A stretch of DNA of 64,000 nucleotides from Leptolyngbyaceae cyanobacterium (GTDB lineage: Bacteria; Cyanobacteriota; Cyanobacteriia; Phormidesmidales; Phormidesmidaceae), in the NCBI GenBank assembly GCA_965263355.1, contig CBDHHL010000032.1:1312001-1376000 (forward strand), in the 5' to 3' direction. Made by a program: the position numbers and the translations under genes. This document shows, piece after piece, positions 20,275 through 30,194 of the stretch. Below the pieces are notes generated by a model, which saw only the letters and a program-made list of their open reading frames with translations, was not told the origin of the DNA and searched no databases. How positions within the stretch are numbered: position 1 is the first letter of the stretch; every line of letters starts with the position of its first letter.

Positions 20275-20598
20275 TTAGGAAGCTAGGGCAACTTCAACCA
20301 TCTCTTGAAGCTTGCCATTCTGATATAGCTCAATCATGATGTCTGAGCCCCCAATAAACTCACCATTGATATACACCTGTGGAATAGTGGGCCAGTTGGA
20401 ATATTCCTTAATACCCTGACGAATATCGTAGTCTGCTAGCACATCAACGGTTTCGTAAGATGCACCTAGGGAGTTGAGAATCTGAGCAACGTTATTGGAA
20501 AAACCACATTGGGGCATCAGTTTAGTGCCCTTCATGAAAACAAGAATTTTGTTGGATGCGACCAAGCTGTCGATTTTTTCTTTGACTTCTGGAGACAT
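20275..20598 (-). CDS. grxD: Monothiol glutaredoxin Grx4
   Basis: PQCGFS, WPTIPQ and GGSD motifs. Confidence 0.95.
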   Translation of the reverse strand: MSPEVKEKIDSLVASNKILVFMKGTKLMPQCGFSNNVAQILNSLGASYETVDVLADYDIRQGIKEYSNWPTIPQVYINGEFIGGSDIMIELYQNGKLQEMVEVALAS

Positions 20599-20746
20599 AG
20601 CTTAAGCACCTTATTTAGTAAGCTAACTACTTGCCGTAGCTGATTTATAGGGTAAGTCAATCTAGCATTAATGCCATCGACCAACCCTGTTCAGATTGAA
20701 TCTTTTTGAGGATCAGGGATGAAACTTATTCTAGTTCGATCTGATC

Positions 20747-20838
20747 AGCCGTCCCCTCAGCTTTGCTGAGCCGTCCCCTCAGCTTTGCTGAGCCGTCCCC
20801 TCAGCTTTGCTGAGCCGTCCCCTCAGCTTTGCTGAGCC
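20747..20838. repeat. 22-bp tandem repeat x4 spanning the bolA stop codon
   Basis: agccgtcccctcagctttgctg at 20747, 20769, 20791 and 20813. Confidence 0.95.
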
Positions 20839-21074
20839 CACTCCCCAGGGGTAAAGGTTTTAAGGGTAAGTGCATGGAGATCACCAGAGGCCATGGCTGC
20901 ATTGACGCTGCCATAAACCAGCTGATGCTGTTTAACCAGATTAAGCCCTGCAAAGGAGGTGGACACAATGGTTGCCTGGTAATGATCTTGGGTCCCCGTT
21001 AAGTCCTGTATAGTAACTTCGGCATCGGGTAATTTAGCTTTAATCAGTTGTTCTATTTGCTCAGAGGAAATCAT
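20823..21074 (-). CDS. bolA: BolA family protein
   Basis: DHYQATIVS..F.G...VKQHQLVY and LHALTLKT motifs; upstream of grxD; ATG at 21074. Confidence 0.9.
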   Translation of the reverse strand: MISSEQIEQLIKAKLPDAEVTIQDLTGTQDHYQATIVSTSFAGLNLVKQHQLVYGSVNAAMASGDLHALTLKTFTPGEWAQQS

Positions 21075-21141
21075 AGGAAAGCCTGAAAGAAGTTGGAGGA
21101 AATACCTTGGATGTTGGTGGGCATCGCCCACCCTACGGTTC

Positions 21142-22167
21142 TTACGGTTCAGAAGTGGCTGTCTCTTCGTTGACAATATAGGGCTGGGCAACAAACCCAA
21201 TTTCAAGCAACTGATCATAGGCTTGTTTCCCCAAAGCGCGGGTGGGGTTTTGACTACCCAGCACTTCTACCAAGAGAGGTATCGCCAGATTAGGCTGCTG
21301 TTGTGCTTGATAGGCTTGTGCCTGCTGCAACGTAGCTTGATCTCTAAGTTCAGCAGCTTCCAGGGCCTTTTGACGCATCTCGCCACTAACGCGTCGGTCG
21401 ATCCCCGTAAACGTATTGTATAAATTCTGATAGTGGCTAGAGGATGTATTCAACGTTTCCCTGGCTGTTTGTAAACGGGCTACTGCTGTAGCATAGTCGC
21501 CAGCAGCAGAGGCACTTTCAGCCTCTGCCATCAAAAGTTCAGCGGCTCTGATACCGGTAGGGCTATCGTCTTGGTTTAGGGGACGAGCAACGTCAGCAAC
21601 GGCTGCACTAGGGTCTTCAGACCCTGTACGACGGTAAGGTCGACTGACAAAGCCCAGTTCAAATAACTGGCGATAAGCATCGAGACCCAAATCACGTCCG
21701 GGACCTTGGCTCTGAACCACTTCTACCAGTAGGGGGACAGCCAATTCTGCCTGACCTTGGGCACGATAGATCAGAGCCTGCCGGAATGTGGCCTGGTCAC
21801 GCATTTGAGCTGCATCAAGGGCACTGTTACGAAGCGTACTGCTAATCTCAGAATCAACACCTGTAAAGGCTGCAGCAATATCTTGGTAGTTATTAGATGT
21901 TTTATTTAACGTCTCTCTGGCAGTTTGAAGTTTTTGGATGGCCAAGTCGTAATCTTGGCTGTCAATGGCGGCTTCTGCTTCTGCCAGCAGATTCTCACCA
22001 GCAGCAATGCCTAAGCCATCATTAATACCTGATTGTGCTAGGAGTGTGGGCTGTGCTACTTCTGCAATTTCTATGGCAGGGGCAGCGGGGGCCATCAAGG
22101 CTAAGCTAGCGGCTGCTCCTAAAACGGAGAACAAACCAGGTTGGAAAATATGTGATAAGGAAACCAT
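21142..22167 (-). CDS. Exported TPR-like hypothetical protein with two homologous domains
   Basis: Signal peptide; LQTARETLN...RDQAT...LA.PLLVEV..SQ.P.R.LG..AY.QL.E.GFV occurs twice. Confidence 0.75.
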   Translation of the reverse strand: MVSLSHIFQPGLFSVLGAAASLALMAPAAPAIEIAEVAQPTLLAQSGINDGLGIAAGENLLAEAEAAIDSQDYDLAIQKLQTARETLNKTSNNYQDIAAAFTGVDSEISSTLRNSALDAAQMRDQATFRQALIYRAQGQAELAVPLLVEVVQSQGPGRDLGLDAYRQLFELGFVSRPYRRTGSEDPSAAVADVARPLNQDDSPTGIRAAELLMAEAESASAAGDYATAVARLQTARETLNTSSSHYQNLYNTFTGIDRRVSGEMRQKALEAAELRDQATLQQAQAYQAQQQPNLAIPLLVEVLGSQNPTRALGKQAYDQLLEIGFVAQPYIVNEETATSEP

Positions 22168-22454
22168 GGAGCCGACTACTGAATTGATGACAAGTCTAGA
22201 TTAAGTTAACGATTTATCAACGATTTGATAAAAGGTCACAATTTGCTCCACAAAGGAGCCTTAGGCTTAGATCCCTACTATAAGTTGTCCACGTCCAGAA
22301 CTGTAGTTTATCCCTAGAAGAAACAACCGTAGAAGAAACGACCATTTTTAACTCGGGCGTGGTTTATCGTTACAAAGGGTATCAATACACAAGTTTTAGA
22401 TTTCCAGGCATTGTGCCTATTGTCAAAGTGGATGTTGTCCGTAAGAGACCTGAC

Positions 22455-24554
22455 ATGATCGCGGCGGAAAGCTTACAAGGGGTGAGTCCAGAGCAAGCAG
22501 GAGTGATTTTGCAGCGCGGTGGCGAAGAGCTACGGCTTTACAAAGTATTCGATTGGCTAACGGTTCGATTTGAGGCCACAACGGAACAGGCAGCGCTGTT
22601 AGATCACCTCAAAAAACAATGGCACCCTCTGGCTGTGAGAGTGGTGGCTCAAGGACAGCTGGTGGCCCTGAAGGTACGTCGGCAACAGCTAGAGTCTTGT
22701 TTACACATGGCTCGGCAAATGAACGGCATAAGCTTTGCCAGCCATGTGTATGAGTTAGCGGCTAGCCCTGGGACCCATCTTTACTTACTCGAGCAGCTAA
22801 CGGTGCAATTTGCAGCAGAATTGCCCCTGAGAACCATTGATGAACTCACAGCAGAACTGGGTCTGGTGCGGGAAAAAGGATTAGATGGGGCCGAACGCAC
22901 CTATGTTTTTCGAGTCGGTAAGACTGCGGTAGAAAACCCAATTAAGTTGGCTAACCGTTTAATGCGTGTCGCTCAGGTGCTGGTCGCTGAACCGAATGTC
23001 GTCGTATCTACGGCTCCGCTCTACCGCCCTCAGGATTCGCTTTATAGCCAACAGTGGCATCTACATCATCAGGGTGGTCGTGGTCTAGCGGTAAATTCCC
23101 ATATTTCTGCAGAAAAAGCCTGGGACATTACCCGAGGCAGCCGCGCAGTGGTGATTGCAGTGAGTGATGATGCCTTTGACCTAAATCATCCAGACCTGTT
23201 GGGGATGGGTAAATTGGTGGCTCCTGCCGATCTCAAGCATCGGGATGGGTTACCGATGCCTGGTGAGGACTATGAAAATCATGGTACTGCGGTGGCTGGA
23301 TTAGCTGTGGCAGAAGAAACGGGCACAGGCATAGTGGGTGTGGCCCCAGGCTGTAGCTTTATGCCCATTCAAACCACTGGTTATTTAGATGACATCTCGA
23401 TTGAACGGCTGTTTGACTGGGCTGTAGCACAAGGTGCGTCGGTGATTTCCTGTAGCTGGTCACCAGCAGCGGTATATTTTCCCCTATCGCTGCGTCAGCG
23501 TAATGCCATTAATCGGGCGGCGACAAAGGGCCGTAATGGTAAAGGCTGCGTGGTTTTGTTTTCGGCAGGTAATGCCAATCGACCGCTGAATGGTCAAATA
23601 CGTGAGTTGGGATGGCCTCAAAATGCGCTGCGGGGGGTAACTCAGTGGCTTGGAGGATTTGCTATGCACCCGGATGTGATTACGGTATCTGCTTGTACGA
23701 GCTTGAATCGGAAGGCAGTTTATAGCAATTGGGGCAAACATGTATCGGTCGCTGCCCCTAGCAATAATGGACCGCCGAACATGTCACTACCGGAGCGGGG
23801 ACTAGTAGATACAGGACCAGTGGTTAAAGGCACATTTGATGGCTTGGGCATGACCACAGCCGATCGCCTTGGTCGGACTGGCTATAGCAGAAGTGATTAC
23901 ACCAGTGGCTTTGGTGGCACATCCAGTGCTTGTCCGGTGGTAGCTGGCGTAGTAGGGCTAATACTGTCAGCTAATCCAGACTTGCAGGCAGGCGAAGTCA
24001 AACAAATTTTGCAGGATACCGCCGACAAAATAGAGGATAAAACCCCTGACCCCCAACTAGGGTTGACCCATGGCACCTACGACAACCGTGGGCATTCCCG
24101 CTGGTTTGGGTACGGTAAGGTCAATGCCTACAAAGCGGTTAAAGCGGCCCGCGATCGCTATTTGGCGAATCGACGCCTCAGTAAAACAATTGAGCAGTTG
24201 AGTGCAGTAACATTATCCCTACCAGCTGATAGAACAGCGATGCAACGAGCGGGAATTACGATTAACCAACATGGTCGGCTCCAAGATATTCAAGTCTATG
24301 TAGAGATTCACCATGGCTTTCTGGGTGATCTTTCCATTTCAGTCATGTCTCCCCAAGGTAAATCGATACTATTACAAGGCCGCACCCTGGGACGGCAAAC
24401 ACAGCTACGCAAGACCTACACCTTTGAAAATACGCCAGCGCTGAGTCTGTTAATGAATACAGGGATCCATGGTCGTTGGCAGCTCAAGATTCTGGATCAC
24501 AGTGAAACTCACCAAGGGCAGTTGTTGCAATGGTTACTCAAACTAGGTGTCTAA
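22455..24554 (+). CDS. S8 subtilisin-like serine peptidase with a C-terminal proprotein-convertase P domain
   Basis: Catalytic motifs SDDAFD, NHGTAVAG and GGTSSACP; start uncertain (22359 or 22455). Confidence 0.88.
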   Translation: MIAAESLQGVSPEQAGVILQRGGEELRLYKVFDWLTVRFEATTEQAALLDHLKKQWHPLAVRVVAQGQLVALKVRRQQLESCLHMARQMNGISFASHVYELAASPGTHLYLLEQLTVQFAAELPLRTIDELTAELGLVREKGLDGAERTYVFRVGKTAVENPIKLANRLMRVAQVLVAEPNVVVSTAPLYRPQDSLYSQQWHLHHQGGRGLAVNSHISAEKAWDITRGSRAVVIAVSDDAFDLNHPDLLGMGKLVAPADLKHRDGLPMPGEDYENHGTAVAGLAVAEETGTGIVGVAPGCSFMPIQTTGYLDDISIERLFDWAVAQGASVISCSWSPAAVYFPLSLRQRNAINRAATKGRNGKGCVVLFSAGNANRPLNGQIRELGWPQNALRGVTQWLGGFAMHPDVITVSACTSLNRKAVYSNWGKHVSVAAPSNNGPPNMSLPERGLVDTGPVVKGTFDGLGMTTADRLGRTGYSRSDYTSGFGGTSSACPVVAGVVGLILSANPDLQAGEVKQILQDTADKIEDKTPDPQLGLTHGTYDNRGHSRWFGYGKVNAYKAVKAARDRYLANRRLSKTIEQLSAVTLSLPADRTAMQRAGITINQHGRLQDIQVYVEIHHGFLGDLSISVMSPQGKSILLQGRTLGRQTQLRKTYTFENTPALSLLMNTGIHGRWQLKILDHSETHQGQLLQWLLKLGV

Positions 24555-25021
24555 GAGATATTCCTAAGCAATTTGTCGCGTAGACAAACACCTTGTTTCG
24601 TAAGAGTTTGAGCTTACGGCATATATAGCGAAGTGAGTTAGTAACACAGCCTACCCATTTTTTTCTCTAGGAATGCTAAATTGAGTATATGCCGATTTTA
24701 TGAGCGCAATACTCAGGCATAACGCATGCTTATTGTATTGGCTTACTAGTAATACCTGCATATTCTTAAATTAGAGCTTTTAGCAGATTTGAGGATACTG
24801 TAGGCTAACCTCAACGTATTAGGCATCAGGGTTTTTATTCGATGAACTGGCTAGTGTTAATTAAGAATGCTAGTGAGCTGTGTGAGTGAGTTCTTATCTT
24901 GAGATAACTAGATTCGTAACTGGTTCCTGAAGGTATCAATAGTTACGCGAATAGTTAGGTGTTTACGGCAAGAGCATCGGCTTTCTGCTAACTACTGGTA
25001 GGAAAGCTTTCAAAATCAGGA

Positions 25022-25246
25022 GGATGACTGGATTCGTAGTTCAGCTTCTCGACGAGTACCAGCGGCCAATAGGACGCTGGTGTGAAAGGCTCTCAAAATC
25101 GGGATGACTGGATTCGTAGTTCAGCTTCTCGACGAGTACCAGCGGCCAATAGGACGCTGGTGTGAAAGGCTCTCAAAATCGGGATGACTGGATTCGACGA
25201 GTACCAGCGGCCAATAGGACGCTGGTGTGAAAGGCTCTCAAAATCG
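25022..25246 (-). repeat. tRNA-linked tandem repeats (80, 80 and 65 bp) containing the tRNA-Pro 3' end
   Basis: ggatgactggattcg...accagcggcc is reiterated at 25022, 25102 and 25182. Confidence 0.9.
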
Positions 25247-25317
25247 GGATGACTGGATTCGAACCAGCGGCCCCTTCGTCCCGAACGAAGTGCGCTACCA
25301 AACTGCGCTACATCCCG
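25244..25317 (-). tRNA. tRNA-Pro(CGG)
   Basis: Reverse complement CGGGATGTAGCGCAGTTTGGTAGCGCACTTCGTTCGGGACGAAGGGGCCGCTGGTTCGAATCCAGTCATCCCGA folds as a cloverleaf with anticodon CGG. Confidence 0.96.
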
Positions 25318-25728
25318 TCTCAGCTGAGCTTAAGCAACCACTAATGCAGGCAAATTATATTTGACCTATGGGTGTTGCTTAACGCTGATACCAAACTAGG
25401 GTATCACACTAGTTTTAGTGTGGCGTCTTGGCAAAGTTAGTAGAGATTAATCAGGAGTAACGCTTAGCAAATCCAAAGAATGCACGATGATGACCGGAAG
25501 CTTTACCGATTTTTCAAGATTATCGGCCTAGGTTCGTTAGTTTCTTTATGTATCTAACGTTTCAATCTGGTTTTATACGTGCATCCTTAACGTAAGGGTG
25601 CAATCTGTTCTGATTTTTACTGACACATATTAATTTTGCCGTTATGACGCGCTGCAATCTGGCACAAATAGGTGAGGAATCACTGAGTCTGTCAATGTAG
25701 CGAAAAATGACCGCTTAGGAGAACATCC

Positions 25729-26220
25729 GTGTTTGCTCTCAATCTTGACTGTTCATCCACTGCCGATACTTTAGAAGCAGGTGTATTGAACATTGCCAAT
25801 GTTCCGACAGGGTTCGATTTTCAAGCTTTAAATTCCCTAGAAATGGTGACCAACCAATTTGCTGGGGTGAGTTTTGGATGTGCGATCGCACTTATCCCAT
25901 CCAATCCACGTTTTGTGGCTCAGCCAGAACAATGTGTGATCATGCCAACTGGTAATGAGCATTGTTTGTCCATTGCCTTAGACGACACCGTTGACTCATT
26001 TTGCCTATGGGGGCGTTGCACCCAACCAATGATGATAAAGGTTTTAGAAAGCACAGGCAAAGTGCTACAAATACATACCGACAAAGCATTTCGGTGGCCT
26101 GATAGTTCAGAAACGGCATTGCTTCCTCTGCAGATTCTGAAGCTAGAGAATATGACTCAAGTGGCCATGATTGAGCTATCTGCCGATGCGCCCTTTACCA
26201 TTGAAGGCCTATCTATTTAG
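25729..26220 (+). CDS. Hypothetical protein
   Basis: 163-aa ORF with aggag RBS before the GTG; AIAL.PSNP.F motif. Confidence 0.6.
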   Translation: MFALNLDCSSTADTLEAGVLNIANVPTGFDFQALNSLEMVTNQFAGVSFGCAIALIPSNPRFVAQPEQCVIMPTGNEHCLSIALDDTVDSFCLWGRCTQPMMIKVLESTGKVLQIHTDKAFRWPDSSETALLPLQILKLENMTQVAMIELSADAPFTIEGLSI

Positions 26221-26459
26221 TTGGTGTTTAGTAGGTGTGCGCTATTTGCTTAGATTCAGTTCAGATTGATGAGTATTTAGGCAACTCTTCTACGGTTGAT
26301 AAGTCTATTTCAGTAATAGCCAAAGTGGCCAAGTCAAAAAACTCTGTCAAGGAGTATTCCCCTCTAGCATTTGCTGAGGTCACTGTTTAAACTGCTGAGG
26401 GAATCAGGATCTCACTTTGCATCTGTGAATTCCTTACATGTGGCATTACTGAAATCATT

Positions 26460-27923
26460 ATGGCAACTGTATTATCTCCATCGGTATTTGTAGGTAAATC
26501 AATCAAATTTGGTACAGATGGTTGGCGCGGCATGATTGCAGCCGACTTTACCTTTGAACGAGTAGAACTCGTGGCAGCCCTATCTGCCAAAGTGCTTGAA
26601 GAATGCTATGGCAGCAATGGTAGTCGTACAGTGATTGTGGGGTACGACCGTCGATTTCTTTCCCCTGAATTTGCTGGCCATGCCGCTGAGGCAATTGCTC
26701 AAGCTGGTTACGATGTCTTGTTGTCCGATTGCTTTGCCCCCACCCCTGCCTTTAGCTGGGCTGCCCATGAAAAAGGTGCCCTCGGGGCAATTGTGATCAC
26801 AGCTAGCCATAACCCAGCCGCGTATTCCGGCTTAAAAGTCAAAGGTGCATTTGGTGGCTCAGTCCCCCCGGATGTGACCAAAAAAGTTGAAGCGTTGCTG
26901 CCCCAGGGTAAGCCTGTGGCTGGGACGTCAGGCACCATCACAGCCTTTGACCCCTGGCCCAGCTACTGTCAGGCATTGCAGAGCATGGTGGATATCGACG
27001 CTATTCGAGGTGCGATCGCAGATGGCAAGCTGACCGTATTTGCCGATGTCATGCATGGGTCCGCAGCCAGTGGGTTTGAAAAAATTCTAGGGATGCCCAT
27101 CAATGAAATCAATGGCGATGCCGATCCCTTATTTGAAGGCGGTGCCCCCGAGCCGTTGCCCAAATATATCCCTAAGCTCTTCAAAGCCGTTAAAGAACGC
27201 TATCAGTCCGGTGCCGATGGCTTAACCGTTGGCATTATTTTTGATGGTGACAGTGACCGAGTCGCTGGCATGGATGGCCAGGGCGAGTTTTTAAGTTCCC
27301 AAGTGCTGATTCCGATCTTGATCGAGCATCTAAAGGCACGGCGTGGGTTTGACGGTGAAGTGATCAAAACCATCAGCGGTTCTAACCTGATGCAAAAGGT
27401 GGCTGAACTCCATGGGTTAGCCGTCCATGAAACCCCCATTGGCTACAAGTACATCGCTGATCGCATGTTAGAAACCAAGGTTTTAATTGGCGGTGAAGAA
27501 TCCGGTGGCATTGGCTACGGCCATCACATTCCCGAACGGGATGCATTGCTATCGGCGCTATATTTGCTAGAGGCCGTCGTGAAAAGCGGTAAAGATTTTG
27601 GTCAACTAAACCAGGCATTACGCCAGCAAACTGAGTTTTCAGGGGCCTATGACCGGATTGATTTACCCCTAGCCAATATGGACGTCCGGGCCAAGCTGCT
27701 AGATAGTTTACAAAATGCCACACCCACTGAAGTAGCAGGCAAAGCAGTCCAGGAAGTACTGTCCATTGATGGATATAAATTCACCCTGGCCGACGGCAGC
27801 TGGTTGCTCATCCGCTTTAGTGGGACTGAGCCAGTCCTGCGACTTTATTCCGAAGCCGCAACCCTCGAAGAAGTGCATAAGCATTTGCACTGGGCTAAGG
27901 ATTGGGCAAACTCGATAGCTTAG
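26460..27923 (+). CDS. Phosphoglucomutase/phosphomannomutase
   Basis: FGTDGWRG, TASHNP, FDGDSDR, GGEESGG and RFSGTEP motifs. Confidence 0.95.
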   Translation: MATVLSPSVFVGKSIKFGTDGWRGMIAADFTFERVELVAALSAKVLEECYGSNGSRTVIVGYDRRFLSPEFAGHAAEAIAQAGYDVLLSDCFAPTPAFSWAAHEKGALGAIVITASHNPAAYSGLKVKGAFGGSVPPDVTKKVEALLPQGKPVAGTSGTITAFDPWPSYCQALQSMVDIDAIRGAIADGKLTVFADVMHGSAASGFEKILGMPINEINGDADPLFEGGAPEPLPKYIPKLFKAVKERYQSGADGLTVGIIFDGDSDRVAGMDGQGEFLSSQVLIPILIEHLKARRGFDGEVIKTISGSNLMQKVAELHGLAVHETPIGYKYIADRMLETKVLIGGEESGGIGYGHHIPERDALLSALYLLEAVVKSGKDFGQLNQALRQQTEFSGAYDRIDLPLANMDVRAKLLDSLQNATPTEVAGKAVQEVLSIDGYKFTLADGSWLLIRFSGTEPVLRLYSEAATLEEVHKHLHWAKDWANSIA

Positions 27924-28041
27924 CCTAGGTCACCCATAGGGGGAGCCCCTACGAATTGTTCTACTTGAATTGGGATTAGAACCATGTCCTAAAAGACATG
28001 GTTCTTTTTTATACTGAAAAAGTCTTTGACTCAGCTATTGG

Positions 28042-28788
28042 ATGGTCGCCGAAGTTGTTACGTTTACCCCCATTGCCTATATTCAATCTTGCTATCCCGA
28101 GCGGTTTGGTATTCCCCGTCAGGCGGGGTTGGTAGAGTCGGCCTATGCCGATATTGTTTTTGAGGCAACAGAAGAGAATAAGCTGGCGCTGAGAGGCATG
28201 AAAGACTTCTCTCATCTATGGGTGTTATTTATATTTCACGGTCAGACCTATGGAGACTTTAAACCTTTGGTGAGACCGCCTCGGTTGGGTGGCAATAAAA
28301 GTGTAGGCGTCTATGCAACACGCAGCCCTAATCGCCCCAACGCCATTGGCATGAGTGCGGTAAAACTGTTGGACATAGCTAAAAAAAAGAGAGAATTACG
28401 ATTACAGGTACAGGGAGGAGATTTTTTAGATGGCACTCCAGTGATTGATATTAAACCCTATGTTCCCTATGCGGATGCGATTGAGTCAGCCCATGGAGCT
28501 TGGGCTATCAAACAGGAAAGATTGTTACCAGTTTGTTGGAGTGATGAGGCCGAAGCCATATTAGTTGCGAGTGTAGATCCTGGGCCAGAGAGATTACGCT
28601 GTTTAATCGAGGAGACCTTAGCTCAGGATCCGAGGCCAGGATATGAGCGAGGAAAGGACGGACGCGAAGGTCAGCGTTGGAATATGCAAGTGAGTCACTA
28701 CAGTGTGTTCTGGATAGTAAAAAATGGCATGGCTGAGGTGGTGAAGATGGATTGGGTTGATCGAAAAATCCCCCAGAGACCCGACTAA
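28042..28788 (+). CDS. tsaA: tRNA t6A37 N6-methyltransferase TrmO/TsaA
   Basis: VRPPRLGGN..GVYATRSP.RPN and DGTPVIDIKPY motifs. Confidence 0.92.
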   Translation: MVAEVVTFTPIAYIQSCYPERFGIPRQAGLVESAYADIVFEATEENKLALRGMKDFSHLWVLFIFHGQTYGDFKPLVRPPRLGGNKSVGVYATRSPNRPNAIGMSAVKLLDIAKKKRELRLQVQGGDFLDGTPVIDIKPYVPYADAIESAHGAWAIKQERLLPVCWSDEAEAILVASVDPGPERLRCLIEETLAQDPRPGYERGKDGREGQRWNMQVSHYSVFWIVKNGMAEVVKMDWVDRKIPQRPD

Positions 28789-28818
28789 TTTACAATAAAC
28801 AATTTTATAATAAACAAT

Positions 28819-29148
28819 ATGACTTACACCCTTTCCCAGTATCTGACCTTCGACAAATTTGTTGCCCAATATGGCAACGATGCTCAGTATGAACTGGCTG
28901 ATGGAGAACTCATTGAGATGGAACCGACCGGTCCCCACGAAGCAGTCGGTGGTAAGCTCGCCGCCAAAATTAGTATGGCCATTGCCCAAGCTCAACACCC
29001 TTGGGTTATCCCGCGCACCTGTTTAATTCGTCCAGCCAGTTTAGACGACGATGAGTATCGTCAAACAAATTATCGATTAGGAGACTTAATCGAATCACGT
29101 CTATTATCTGATTTACAGCTACGGCTCGATGATGTTTTGCCTTGGTAA
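28819..29148 (+). pseudogene. Uma2 family endonuclease with an in-frame central deletion
   Basis: Uma2 N-terminus (YELADGELIEMEPTG.HE) joined directly to the C-terminus; no PD/EVxS core. Confidence 0.7.
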
Positions 29149-29376
29149 AGACAAACGTTTTGAACTGTAAACCGCAAAGTTGAGATCGCCACCACCAGGG
29201 AAACAAGTAATCTTATCTCCCCTATTTCCAGACCTGACACTAACAGCGGCTCAAGTGCTCGCTGCGGGGGCATAATACTACATGTATTTAGAACTCATGA
29301 AACCCAGTTCTGGGAGTTTTGGGTTTGATGAGTTCAACCCAACCTACAAAATGAACATGTTATTTAATCCTTATTT

Positions 29377-29985
29377 CTAACTAAAAACTCGTTTTAATGA
29401 AAGTACAAACCCAGGTAATACATCTTCACCAGATAAGGTAGCTGGATTTTCTAATATCTCAACCGTCTGCCCTGGACGATAAATTTCCACTTGTTTATGC
29501 TTCGGATTAATTAACCAGCCCAATTGCGCACCATTATCTATATACTCCTGCATCTTGTTGCGAAGAGATGAAAGACTGTCAGTCTTGGAGCGTAGCTCAA
29601 CAACAAAATCAGGACATAGCGGAATAAATCCCTCACGCTGTTCAGGCGTCAATGTATCCCACCGCTCTTGACGCACCCAAGACATATCAGGAGACCGATT
29701 TGCACCATTTGGTAAGTCAAACCCCGTGGACGAATCAAATGCAATTCCAAGGGTATCATTCGCCTCAAACCAAACACTGAGCTGTCCCGTGATGCTGAAA
29801 TTACGATGGCCAGTTTCGCCACCCGTTGGTGGATTGACAATTAGATGTCCCGTAGCAGTACGTTCAAGCCTAAGCTCACGATTAGCGGCAGCCAGTGCTG
29901 CAAACTGCTCATGGGTCACCTGTAGAGCAATATCACTGGGAAGCTGCAGCAAAAGCGGTTTAAGTTTAGACGAAGCTTGTACCAT
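29377..29985 (-). CDS. Uma2 family endonuclease
   Basis: FDSSTGF, RSPD, PDFVVELRS and LGWLI motifs. Confidence 0.92.
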   Translation of the reverse strand: MVQASSKLKPLLLQLPSDIALQVTHEQFAALAAANRELRLERTATGHLIVNPPTGGETGHRNFSITGQLSVWFEANDTLGIAFDSSTGFDLPNGANRSPDMSWVRQERWDTLTPEQREGFIPLCPDFVVELRSKTDSLSSLRNKMQEYIDNGAQLGWLINPKHKQVEIYRPGQTVEILENPATLSGEDVLPGFVLSLKRVFS

Positions 29986-30194
29986 CAGAGGTCAACCCTT
30001 ACGGTTGTATCATGATTTATTCTAACCCTTTTAAGAATGAGGAATTCGGAGTTCGGAAAAAATAGGAACTTGGAATTTGGCATTTAACTTTCCGATTTCC
30101 GAGGGCGTCCAGAGGATTTATTCAAACTTTCAAACGTCCGACTTCATCCCGTCCTTCCCTTACAATAAAAACGCCCTAGCGCAATGGTTCACCC

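Noticed and set aside
20747..20838. Possible mini-CRISPR of palindromic repeats
   Set aside because: Contiguous tandem units with no spacers
25022..25260. Possible CRISPR array
   Set aside because: The intervening sequences are identical rather than unique spacers, the repeat is the tRNA 3' end, and there are no cas genes in the window
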